DNA of 64,000 nucleotides from a bacterium (GTDB lineage: Bacteria > Electryoneota > Electryoneia > Electryoneales > Electryoneaceae), in contig OY769902.1 in assembly GCA_963669175.1 (NCBI GenBank), positions 352,001 to 416,000 of the forward strand, read 5' to 3'. The first letter of the stretch is position 1. Each line of letters begins with the position of its first letter. Made by a program: the position numbers and the translations under genes. Under the pieces are notes generated by a model, which was not told the DNA's origin, searched no databases, and was given only the letters and a program-made list of their open reading frames with translations. This document shows positions 19,258 through 28,002 of this stretch, in pieces.

Positions 19258-21843
19258 TCACAAGTTGTGATTAACATAAATAACACACTCACCGGAAAGA
19301 TTCTCAATCCCATTGATTTGCACACCTGTCAGAAAGCTGGCTGAATGATAAGAAACATCAGGAAAAGCTTCTTCGAAGGGTAGCGATAGAAAACGGTTGG
19401 CGCATCCATTCTCGTCGAGATCAATCAAGGGCGCACAATTATTGTGAGGCCCCGTGATCGCTACCGGATTAACATTCCCCAGGTTATCCACGATCCTGCC
19501 ACACTCTGAAGAGAAGGTCACCGATTGATCATTGATCCAATGATTGCAACCATCTACTATAAAGCAACTTAGCAGAAACGTCGCATCTTCTTCCATCTGG
19601 CTGTAGTTATAATTGCAAGGATCAACAAAGAAGCTGACCATACCATTCTGTAACGGCAGGTTGAAAAGCGTGGACGCAGATAGGAGTGCGCCATTCCGGT
19701 ACACATAGGGCACTGTCGCCGTTACCAATACAGTATCATTGGTATTCAGGCTGCGATAGGAAAGGAACGTATTGGCAATGTTACCATAAGATTGACCGTC
19801 CGGATTTTCATTGCCTGTTTGGGCGATTTGTCCGATACCTGCCGGACCTTCGATTGAAAACTCTACCGGTTTGCCTGTTGAAACCGGGTTATCCAGCTCA
19901 TCAAACAAGCTGGCGGCAACATTCAAAACGTACAACGCACCACCATCGTCCAAAGCTACAGGATCAATAGCAAGTTCCAGTTCTGCCGGTGGCCCGGCAA
20001 CCACACGAAGATCATTACAAAGTACCACAAGTGAATCTGAACGGTTTTCGTTCCGGTAGGTCCAGAATGTTACCTGTATTGCCCCCAACGCTCCGGAAGC
20101 GGAAACCTCAAACCTGGCGCGACCGTTGCTGATCGTAACGCTGTCAAAGGGGACATCATAAGGATTCCCGGGCGACGCGGGGCCGACATCGTTCAAGGTG
20201 GGTTGGGTGACCTGGGGATTATTCATTCCCGGGTAAATCGCCATCATCCCGTATATCACCGTCCCGTCGGCAGCAGGAGTATTCATGTCATCAAAAGCAT
20301 ATACGGTCAGCGTGGTTGTTGACTCCGCATCAGGAATATCTGCATGAACCAGCTCGTTTGATTCAACGTCCACGATCAAAGATAACAATCCCAGAGATCG
20401 CTCAACCTGGACGTCAACCGGATCAGTCGGAACATTGAAGCTGTTCTTGAAACGTGCATACACATGAGTGACATCTGCCTGGTTTTCAAAATCCAATGTC
20501 CAGTTTTCCACTCGGTTCCTGTATGCCTGCCATGTTGCCCCGGCAAACTCTGGATCATTGGAAACCTGCATGCTGTCGGCATGAGAACTGATCAGTTGCA
20601 GCGCCACAATATCTGTGGAAACCGTATTGCCCCCATACACCGTGATGGAACCTCGACCGGCATTCACCGCTGCAATACTGTCAATGGCTTCACCGATCAA
20701 CTGGAAGTCGTTTTTTACCTGGACGATGATCCGCTTATTTCCAAGCCCCTCCGTAACCTGCCATTCGATCTCGTCGGCATACGCCATCCAGTCTGGATCA
20801 TCAGGCATGGCACCGTTACCGATGGCGACATGTGTAGGATCACCAGTGGCGCTAAGGTTGAGTTTTACAAGTCTCGATATCGTATACTCACTGCTGTCAT
20901 TGATGGAAAATCCAACAGTCGGCGCTACCGGGTACACAGTCAGATTTGTCTGGGCTTCTATCTCGAATCCGTTGCGAACCTTGATGTGAATCATTTTGGG
21001 AGCCGGTCCCGGGAACAGTTCCCATTCGAAGGTCTGTTCAAACGGTACCCATTCCTCGTCTTCATCAAGCTCATTCAGGCTATCGGTATTGCTGACCACC
21101 ATTTCTGTCGCATTTCCCAGGGTTTGCAGGTCAATGGTCACGGATCGGAAGGATGTTGAATCTTCTCCGCCATTAGCCACAGCAGCCACCTCCGGAGCAA
21201 CGGGGTCAATGGTATCGAACAAACCTTTTACCGTATCGCCGGTTACCGTCAGATACTGGACATACACAGTTTTCGTGCCTTCTCCGGCAGGAAGAATCCA
21301 GGCGGCAACCGCCGACCAGGGCTCCCAATCCACCCACTCGAAATAATCTGTGTTGGACAATCGCATGGAATCGGCGTTTTCGGCTGGCAGGTAAATTCGG
21401 ACATGACGAATTTCGGTAGTTTCAGCGCCAAACTCAATGGAAATGTCATACCCCTCCATGATGCCATCCGCTCGAATCGATACCGGGGAGGTGTAATCGG
21501 AATACCCGGCTTCGTTATAGGCTCTCAACCTGTATGAATAATACACGCCCGGTAGTACATCCGTATCAATAAATTGGTTTTGCTGTACATCAATTCGTGA
21601 AAGCAGCATGAAAGACAGATCGCCCAGTTTCTGGCGTTCTATCGCATACTCTTCAGCATCCGCAGTGGTATCCGCCCAGGAAACCTGTATCCCTTCCTCC
21701 ACCGTTTCAATCTCCACATCGACAGGCGTTGATGGAGGGAGCAACACTGGAGTCACCGGATTGTCATCATCGTCTTTGTCACACCCAATCAGGAGGATGA
21801 ACACTCCCCAGAGGATCAGCGATAGTCGTAGTATTCGCCTCAT
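19258..21843 (-). CDS. Large lipoprotein with FN3 and repeated Ig-like/beta-sandwich modules
   Basis: Lipobox LLIGC followed by DKDDDD; FN3 YSYRLRAYNEAGYSDY; repeated W.L..G.G.K.V module. Confidence 0.8.
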   Translation of the reverse strand: MRRILRLSLILWGVFILLIGCDKDDDDNPVTPVLLPPSTPVDVEIETVEEGIQVSWADTTADAEEYAIERQKLGDLSFMLLSRIDVQQNQFIDTDVLPGVYYSYRLRAYNEAGYSDYTSPVSIRADGIMEGYDISIEFGAETTEIRHVRIYLPAENADSMRLSNTDYFEWVDWEPWSAVAAWILPAGEGTKTVYVQYLTVTGDTVKGLFDTIDPVAPEVAAVANGGEDSTSFRSVTIDLQTLGNATEMVVSNTDSLNELDEDEEWVPFEQTFEWELFPGPAPKMIHIKVRNGFEIEAQTNLTVYPVAPTVGFSINDSSEYTISRLVKLNLSATGDPTHVAIGNGAMPDDPDWMAYADEIEWQVTEGLGNKRIIVQVKNDFQLIGEAIDSIAAVNAGRGSITVYGGNTVSTDIVALQLISSHADSMQVSNDPEFAGATWQAYRNRVENWTLDFENQADVTHVYARFKNSFNVPTDPVDVQVERSLGLLSLIVDVESNELVHADIPDAESTTTLTVYAFDDMNTPAADGTVIYGMMAIYPGMNNPQVTQPTLNDVGPASPGNPYDVPFDSVTISNGRARFEVSASGALGAIQVTFWTYRNENRSDSLVVLCNDLRVVAGPPAELELAIDPVALDDGGALYVLNVAASLFDELDNPVSTGKPVEFSIEGPAGIGQIAQTGNENPDGQSYGNIANTFLSYRSLNTNDTVLVTATVPYVYRNGALLSASTLFNLPLQNGMVSFFVDPCNYNYSQMEEDATFLLSCFIVDGCNHWINDQSVTFSSECGRIVDNLGNVNPVAITGPHNNCAPLIDLDENGCANRFLSLPFEEAFPDVSYHSASFLTGVQINGIENLSGECVIYVNHNL

Positions 21844-21904
21844 GCCAACTCCCAGTTCTTCAAACCTGACATTTGTTATAACAATAGTGCAATAGTCTGA
21901 ACCT

Positions 21905-24658
21905 CTAGTCGTATACTTGATGAGTAAGCGATATCGTAATGGGTTGTATGAACAGGCTATCGAATCCGATCACTCGCGCTTGAACCAGAACCTCAGATGC
22001 TGTAATTCTGGGATCCGGAAAAGCTTCGTAAAATGTCACGATCAGGTACCGCTGCGCGACTCCCGGGGCATCAGCATCATGGTAGGGCGCATAAAGATCT
22101 ACTGGTCCCGTCAATGCACTGTTGCCTGCATAAAATGGCAATGCGTTGCTGGTCCGATAGTAAACACCTGTGTTCGTATAGAATCGAACCTCTTGCCCGT
22201 TTATCGCTACTCCATGCCCATCGGTAAGACTGAGTTGAACATCAAAAGCCGGCTCAGTCATATCATCCCAAAATGTGAAGTTCTGAGGATCCGCGTTAAG
22301 TTGCACCGCCGGTTGCTGCAGGGGGAGTCTGATACTCTCCAACGTCCTGGTGACGGCTCCTCCATCATCCAATGTGATGTCTGCCCGGATGTTCACAGAG
22401 TCGTTGGTTGCCTCACTTGGGAAGGTCAATGTGGCAAAGGCCACCCCGGGGGTGCTGATTCCTTCAAAAGGACTGCTGTTCCCTACATAAGCTGATTCCG
22501 TAATAGAAGCGATTGCCGGTTCAATACTGAAGGTTACGAGAGTACCTTCCCGTGCCGGGCTCCCCGCAGCATCCAGCGCCAGCGCCGACACTTCCAGTGA
22601 CCACAAGGAACCGCCCGCATGAACACCTTCCATGCCAACAGACAGGGATAGTGATTCAGGAATACCGTTTAAAATGGAAATGTGCCTGGTCACAAGCACT
22701 GAATCGTCACATGTTTCAGGATCTGTATGCACCCACGCCCGCACCCTGGCCATACCCCCCACACTACCGGCGCTGAATGTCGCAGTACAGGTTCCCTGGT
22801 AGGTTTCCACGAACGTATAGGGCGCATGATAGGGATTATTTGTATCATCAATCCCGTTGATTGATGGAGAGCGAGTAGTGGCGTCATCCATACCGGGATA
22901 GTGATCGATCAGGAAATGGACCGGGAGATTTCCCGGGTAGGGTTCGCCATTCCATGATTCTATGCTTACCTGTAATTCGGTTTGATCCGGGTACTCCGGA
23001 GCAGCCGGCTGGCCTGGGTTGATGTTCACGTATACCGTATCCGATAACATGGTCAGCTCAAAACTGTCTTGAACATTATTGGCTACGATCACGGTTGTTT
23101 CGGATGTGCCTGAAATGGCTTGAAAACTGTTTTTGCAGCGCGCGAATACAGTTGCAGTCTGCGAAAGTGTGTCCACATCCAGGGGCCAGTTTTCGATATC
23201 GCCACGATAATCCCGCCAAACCGCGTCTGTAAACGATGCGTCATTCGACACCTGCACCGAATCGGTGTATGCAGCGATAATACGCAATGTCACCTGCGGG
23301 GTTGTCACATACTGCCCTTCCTCGGGCTCAAAAAGTTGAATCACAGACGGCATGGGACAGATGGTTACAGAATCTGTAGCCTCCAGCCCGAAACTGTTCC
23401 TGATTGTGACAGCTACCTTTTTTACTGACAGCCCTGCAAGCAGCATCCAATCCAATTGTGAAGCATACGGTTGCCATTCGTCCAGTTCATCCAGGTCATC
23501 AGAGCCAGCGCCTGGATGCTGCGCTTTGCTTTGTCTGCCCTTGTCGGATGTGGACGTTATCGGATCAGGAATGTTCCGGACCTGCATTTCCCTGGGTTCG
23601 CCACTGGATTGCAATGACAGCGTCACACGACGTTCATCCGTGGAATCAGCGCCATTATTAATCGTCATTTGAACAACAGGTGCGGCCGGTTCAATGCTTG
23701 CCGTGGCGGATGTAGCAATCAGAAAATCGTTGCGAACATGGACTTTGACAGTTTTCGTGCCTTCCCCTGAAGAAAGCACCCATTCTGCAAACGGGACAAA
23801 CGGCTCCCACTCTTCATCTTCATCGAGTTCTTTTGATTGTGCTGAAGATATCATGGTGTCATCTGTCGGCTTCTTTTGAGCCGTTTCCACAGAATCAATA
23901 TTCTCGATATACATTTCAGTCACTGCACCTGTGACCTGCAAAGAAAGACTGACCTCACGCGAATCTGTTTCACCGGCTCCACCATTGATAACAAAATCGA
24001 CGACTGGCATTTCGGGAATGATGGAATCTTCTACCGGATCAAGCGTATCCCCATCTGTGCTAATTACCTGAAGAAAAACCTGCTTTAGACCGGACCCCGT
24101 ATCCAAGGTCCAGTTTCGTATCATGACAAATGGTTCCCATTCGGATTCTGCAAACGCATCCTCATTGGAAAGGCGCATCTGGGTGACATTGTCTGCCTGG
24201 ATAAACAGCACCACATCACGACTGTTAGTGGTCAATGAACCGTAATTGATAAAAACCTGGGGGCTGGTGATTTCGCCGGTAGGAGTTGCGGATACTGTGC
24301 TTGAATAGTCGGAGAAACCTTTCAGATTTCCCGCTCGTACACGATACGAACAGGGCAACCCGGTCAGCAGGTTCTGATCTTTGTAATCCTCAACATCCGC
24401 GCCCAGTTGGGTTATCTGCTGAAAGGAATTATCGTCACCCATTGAGCGTTCGACATAGTAATAGTCCTCGTTATCGGCCACGTCATGCCAATGCAATACC
24501 AGTTCCTGGTCATCGCCGGGAGCTACGCTCAAGCTTTCAGGTGCGGCTGGAGATGTTACTACAACAGCATTGCCGGCAGGGGAATCATCATCTTCCGAAC
24601 AACTGAGTGCGAGAAAGAAAACACAACAAGCCATTGTCAAGGTAACGACCTGTTTCAT
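21905..24658 (-). CDS. Large lipoprotein with FN3 and repeated Ig-like modules, paralog of 19258..21843
   Basis: Lipobox LALSC followed by SEDDDS; YRVRAGNLKGFSDYS; same module order and similar C-terminus. Confidence 0.8.
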   Translation of the reverse strand: MKQVVTLTMACCVFFLALSCSEDDDSPAGNAVVVTSPAAPESLSVAPGDDQELVLHWHDVADNEDYYYVERSMGDDNSFQQITQLGADVEDYKDQNLLTGLPCSYRVRAGNLKGFSDYSSTVSATPTGEITSPQVFINYGSLTTNSRDVVLFIQADNVTQMRLSNEDAFAESEWEPFVMIRNWTLDTGSGLKQVFLQVISTDGDTLDPVEDSIIPEMPVVDFVINGGAGETDSREVSLSLQVTGAVTEMYIENIDSVETAQKKPTDDTMISSAQSKELDEDEEWEPFVPFAEWVLSSGEGTKTVKVHVRNDFLIATSATASIEPAAPVVQMTINNGADSTDERRVTLSLQSSGEPREMQVRNIPDPITSTSDKGRQSKAQHPGAGSDDLDELDEWQPYASQLDWMLLAGLSVKKVAVTIRNSFGLEATDSVTICPMPSVIQLFEPEEGQYVTTPQVTLRIIAAYTDSVQVSNDASFTDAVWRDYRGDIENWPLDVDTLSQTATVFARCKNSFQAISGTSETTVIVANNVQDSFELTMLSDTVYVNINPGQPAAPEYPDQTELQVSIESWNGEPYPGNLPVHFLIDHYPGMDDATTRSPSINGIDDTNNPYHAPYTFVETYQGTCTATFSAGSVGGMARVRAWVHTDPETCDDSVLVTRHISILNGIPESLSLSVGMEGVHAGGSLWSLEVSALALDAAGSPAREGTLVTFSIEPAIASITESAYVGNSSPFEGISTPGVAFATLTFPSEATNDSVNIRADITLDDGGAVTRTLESIRLPLQQPAVQLNADPQNFTFWDDMTEPAFDVQLSLTDGHGVAINGQEVRFYTNTGVYYRTSNALPFYAGNSALTGPVDLYAPYHDADAPGVAQRYLIVTFYEAFPDPRITASEVLVQARVIGFDSLFIQPITISLTHQVYD

Positions 24659-24925
24659 CCTTTATCCTCCGTAAGCAAATCAGCGTATTCAGTCCAGATA
24701 TCCTGTGAATGGGATATAGCAAGTTGGTTCACCCGAGCCAGGCTCAGGGGAAAATGCGGGGTGCGTTTTTGTATTCCTTCTCACACGGCCCTCCACCGTG
24801 TTCAGGAACTCGTGCGGCTCATACACCGATTCATGTGAATCGGTGCACAAGAATAAATATACCGGTTCTCTGTCATCTTCTTCAAGTTCAATACAACCAT
24901 CAAAGCAAAAACCTTCTCATCCTCC

Positions 24926-26461
24926 CTATGCTTTTTGTGGCCATGTTTCTATTCTATGACAAAGCTCTTTTATGGCTTTTTCTGACGATTCACTGCCCGC
25001 AAAAGAACATTCCGCAACTCGCAAGGGTTCAGACTTCGGAACAGCCAGCGCCTTCTCCAGAACACTCGCGTGATCCTCTGGATCCTCACAGATTATCATT
25101 ACACCTTCATCCACATATTCCCTGTATCGCTCACGACTCTCTTCCGACATCAGGATGCTGGTCAGACCGAAAGCTAAAGCTTCCACAGCACAGGTTGAAT
25201 ACCAGGTATAATGAATATCGCTGACGTTGAAAAGAGTATATAAAGGTATCTCTGTAGCTTCACGAACATTGACATTGTCGAATTCAGCGAATTGCCGTTC
25301 CACGTCGTCAATCGTCAATTCCATGCTTCGATGCAGCCGAATCAACCACAGCGTATCGTTGCCGCAGCTTTTAATGAAGGCTTTTACCTGGTCTTCGTAA
25401 GGAACACGATGCTGAAGTGTTATCAGGTGAACCTTACGATATCCGCTGCGAAGTTCTGACGCTTGCTTGAATTTCGAAACGGATTCCGGTATCAGGTTGG
25501 CCCGCCACTTGTTCAGCCACGCATTGCCGACCAGGTAGACATTATCGGATGGAACCAGGTTTTGATTCCTGTTCAGAAGGTTATCACGGTTTTCGCCACC
25601 CCAAACCAGGAACACATCCGGGATAATTTCCATCCGTGTGTCTTCTGGATTATGCCATTGGCTGTAGGCAACATGCTCGGCATGCTGGGAACCATGCTGC
25701 AGATCCATTGTGGGAATTCCGCATCGCTTCGCTGCAATACTGGCGGCTTGTGCGTATGGCGAGTACCATGTATCCACTACAATCGCTTTGAAGCCATGTG
25801 TCTTAATAAAACGCTCAAACCACTTACTGAACAACTTTTGAAATATTAACCTTTTCCGATAGTAACTCCAGGAAAAACGCTGCAGATCATGCATTCCGGC
25901 ATACTCATCCAACTCCTTAAACCATGGCGGTGGCGCGAGTTTCCGGGATCGGTATAAATAATACTTTGACAGTAAATCATAGGCGTTTATCATATAAAAC
26001 AAGTTCAACTTCGTATCATTTTGATTTATCTCCACATCATCAGTATAACAGCGCAGTACTTCACAATTATTATTTTCAAACAATTCAACAACAGGATCTA
26101 CTACATAATTATACTTGTTTCCATCTATTACCATCTCCCTGCTTCTGCTTGTCAAAACCAGGATTTTATTTCTTCCGGATTTTGATATTTCCCTGAGTGA
26201 TTTGTAGTTCGTGTTAAACGCAGCAATATTCCCGTTCGCCAACTTGATCAGTGTATTGATTTTGTGGAAAATACCACTTTTTGAACCTGCTTTCTGTACA
26301 CTATCTTTTTCTCCCAGGGACAGTGTTGTTTTGTTAAAATAGTAAAAAAAGGTGTCTACCTTTAACATTGGCCATACATGAATATTATTATACCTATATT
26401 CTTTCACATTATGGGTATTCTCATAATCATGAAATGCATCTAAAAGACTTTGCATATCCAT
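24926..26461 (-). CDS. Surface polysaccharide biosynthesis protein (GT-B-like), AT-rich
   Basis: AAKRCGIPTMDLQHG, PDVFLVWG, IRLH, YSTCAVEALAFG motifs; visibly lower GC in 5' half. Confidence 0.6.
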   Translation of the reverse strand: MDMQSLLDAFHDYENTHNVKEYRYNNIHVWPMLKVDTFFYYFNKTTLSLGEKDSVQKAGSKSGIFHKINTLIKLANGNIAAFNTNYKSLREISKSGRNKILVLTSRSREMVIDGNKYNYVVDPVVELFENNNCEVLRCYTDDVEINQNDTKLNLFYMINAYDLLSKYYLYRSRKLAPPPWFKELDEYAGMHDLQRFSWSYYRKRLIFQKLFSKWFERFIKTHGFKAIVVDTWYSPYAQAASIAAKRCGIPTMDLQHGSQHAEHVAYSQWHNPEDTRMEIIPDVFLVWGGENRDNLLNRNQNLVPSDNVYLVGNAWLNKWRANLIPESVSKFKQASELRSGYRKVHLITLQHRVPYEDQVKAFIKSCGNDTLWLIRLHRSMELTIDDVERQFAEFDNVNVREATEIPLYTLFNVSDIHYTWYSTCAVEALAFGLTSILMSEESRERYREYVDEGVMIICEDPEDHASVLEKALAVPKSEPLRVAECSFAGSESSEKAIKELCHRIETWPQKA

Positions 26462-26559
26462 CGGTACAGTACCCTCTTGATGTTTCCCCAAGCACAGAAT
26501 GCGGTTCATCCTGTGTTTATTGCTGTTCTCGATTTTATTCCGACATAATAAAGATTGCC

Positions 26560-26757
26560 GGGAAAAGGGGACGGGATCCTTTTCCTCGCGCGCATATGAA
26601 ACACTCTCGCCGAACTTGTGGAAAAGGAAACTGTACCCTTTTCCGTGTACGTCCTGCCTGATCTCAAGAAAAAGGGTACAGCCACCTTTCCCGGTCCATG
26701 CTCACAGCGGGAAGGCTTTGCCCCAGGGAAAGGAAACTGTCCCCTTTTTCCATATCC
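26560..26757 (+). repeat. ~200-bp dispersed repeat made of four GGAAAAGG..CCTTTTCC palindromic units
   Basis: Colinear inverted copy at 51140-51336. Confidence 0.85.
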
Positions 26758-27069
26758 TTATCCTTTATTCCAACCATATGGTTGACCTTTCACTGATCTG
26801 GCACATGACCACATGACGGAATAATAATGGGAATCGCTATATCGATGCAATATAAGGATCAGTTACCGGTTAGTGCTTCAATCAACTGCAATTTCGGAGT
26901 GGGATCACTCGGGAAACAGGCGCCCTGCCTATATCGAATTTGGATGTCGTTCACTCGTTTTTGACAAGTCGAAATACCCACTTCGGGCTAAAGTTTCGTC
27001 AGAATAAAACATGCGAACTTGCCAGAGTTCGCATGTACTGTATTCCCAATGCTGTATCTGAAATGTTGG

Positions 27070-27816
27070 TTATTCTGCCTCGTTTCCTTCCGCCACTTCC
27101 GCTTCCGCTTGCTGTTCTTCAAGGTACGCCAACGGATCACCGTTGAATTCATCCCCCTGTGGCGCTTTCGGGCTGGGTGGATTGGAGCCGCGCAGGGTAA
27201 ACGCATAGCTCGACACCTGCAAAAGCTGAGTGTCATCCATTTGGTTCTTCCAGGCGATCATCCCTTTGGCCGGAACACCAAACTTGATGGTGTGGTATTC
27301 TTCGGCGAATGTACCGCCATGAATCCAGAACTTGTCCGCCAGGTTTGGCCCGATATCACCAGCGCCGCCATTGGCATGACAGGACACACAATTCTCCACA
27401 AAAAGCGTTTCCCCCGCCGATAGCGATGCCTGATCGGTTAACGGCGCCATGGTCCAGTCCACCTTCGCCTCGCCATCACCCTTGATCACCTTGGAGAAAA
27501 TCTCCGCCTGGGTCGGTTCCGGGCGCTGGTTGTCATAGGGCGCGTGGAACGGTGGCAGCAGTATCTCCGCAAGTGTAGTCTCACGGTATTCCGGCAAGGC
27601 TTTGTAATTGACATCCACCGCTTTGTGATACTCTTCCACCTGCGTATCGCCAATCCCTAGAATTGTATAGAAAAACAGGTAGATAATCCCCATCACCACA
27701 GTAATCACAAAGAACCAGTTGTACCAGCGCGGCAGGTTGTTATCATATTCCCTGATTCCGTCATAATCATGATCCAGGAGAATATCGGTCTCGTCTTTTT
27801 TACGTTTCCCTACCAT
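27070..27816 (-). CDS. ccoP: cbb3-type cytochrome c oxidase subunit III (monoheme)
   Basis: DHDYDGIREYDNNLPRW N-terminus; single CVSCH; GPNLADKFWIHGG; GMIAW. Confidence 0.9.
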   Translation of the reverse strand: MVGKRKKDETDILLDHDYDGIREYDNNLPRWYNWFFVITVVMGIIYLFFYTILGIGDTQVEEYHKAVDVNYKALPEYRETTLAEILLPPFHAPYDNQRPEPTQAEIFSKVIKGDGEAKVDWTMAPLTDQASLSAGETLFVENCVSCHANGGAGDIGPNLADKFWIHGGTFAEEYHTIKFGVPAKGMIAWKNQMDDTQLLQVSSYAFTLRGSNPPSPKAPQGDEFNGDPLAYLEEQQAEAEVAEGNEAE

Positions 27817-27822
27817 GGTCGG

Positions 27823-28002
27823 TCACCCTTCCTGTTCGGCTTCATCCGCCGAATCCAATGGCAAAGACGCACAATACTCACGGTCTTCTTTGTTCAGCAT
27901 CATGGCGCGTATGGATACCATGACAAACGTCAGGAAAAACAACGTCATGGAGACTACCGGCATCCAGCCGCCATCTACCAACCCCTTCAGCATTTCTCTC
28001 AT
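27823..28002 (-). CDS. ccoQ: Small membrane subunit, CcoQ-like (59 aa, below ORF track cut-off)
   Basis: MREMLKGLVDGGWMPVVSMTLFFLTFVMVSIRAMMLNKEDREYCASLPLDS...; ATGA overlap with ccoNO stop; one TM then SLPL motif. Confidence 0.75.
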   Translation of the reverse strand: MREMLKGLVDGGWMPVVSMTLFFLTFVMVSIRAMMLNKEDREYCASLPLDSADEAEQEG

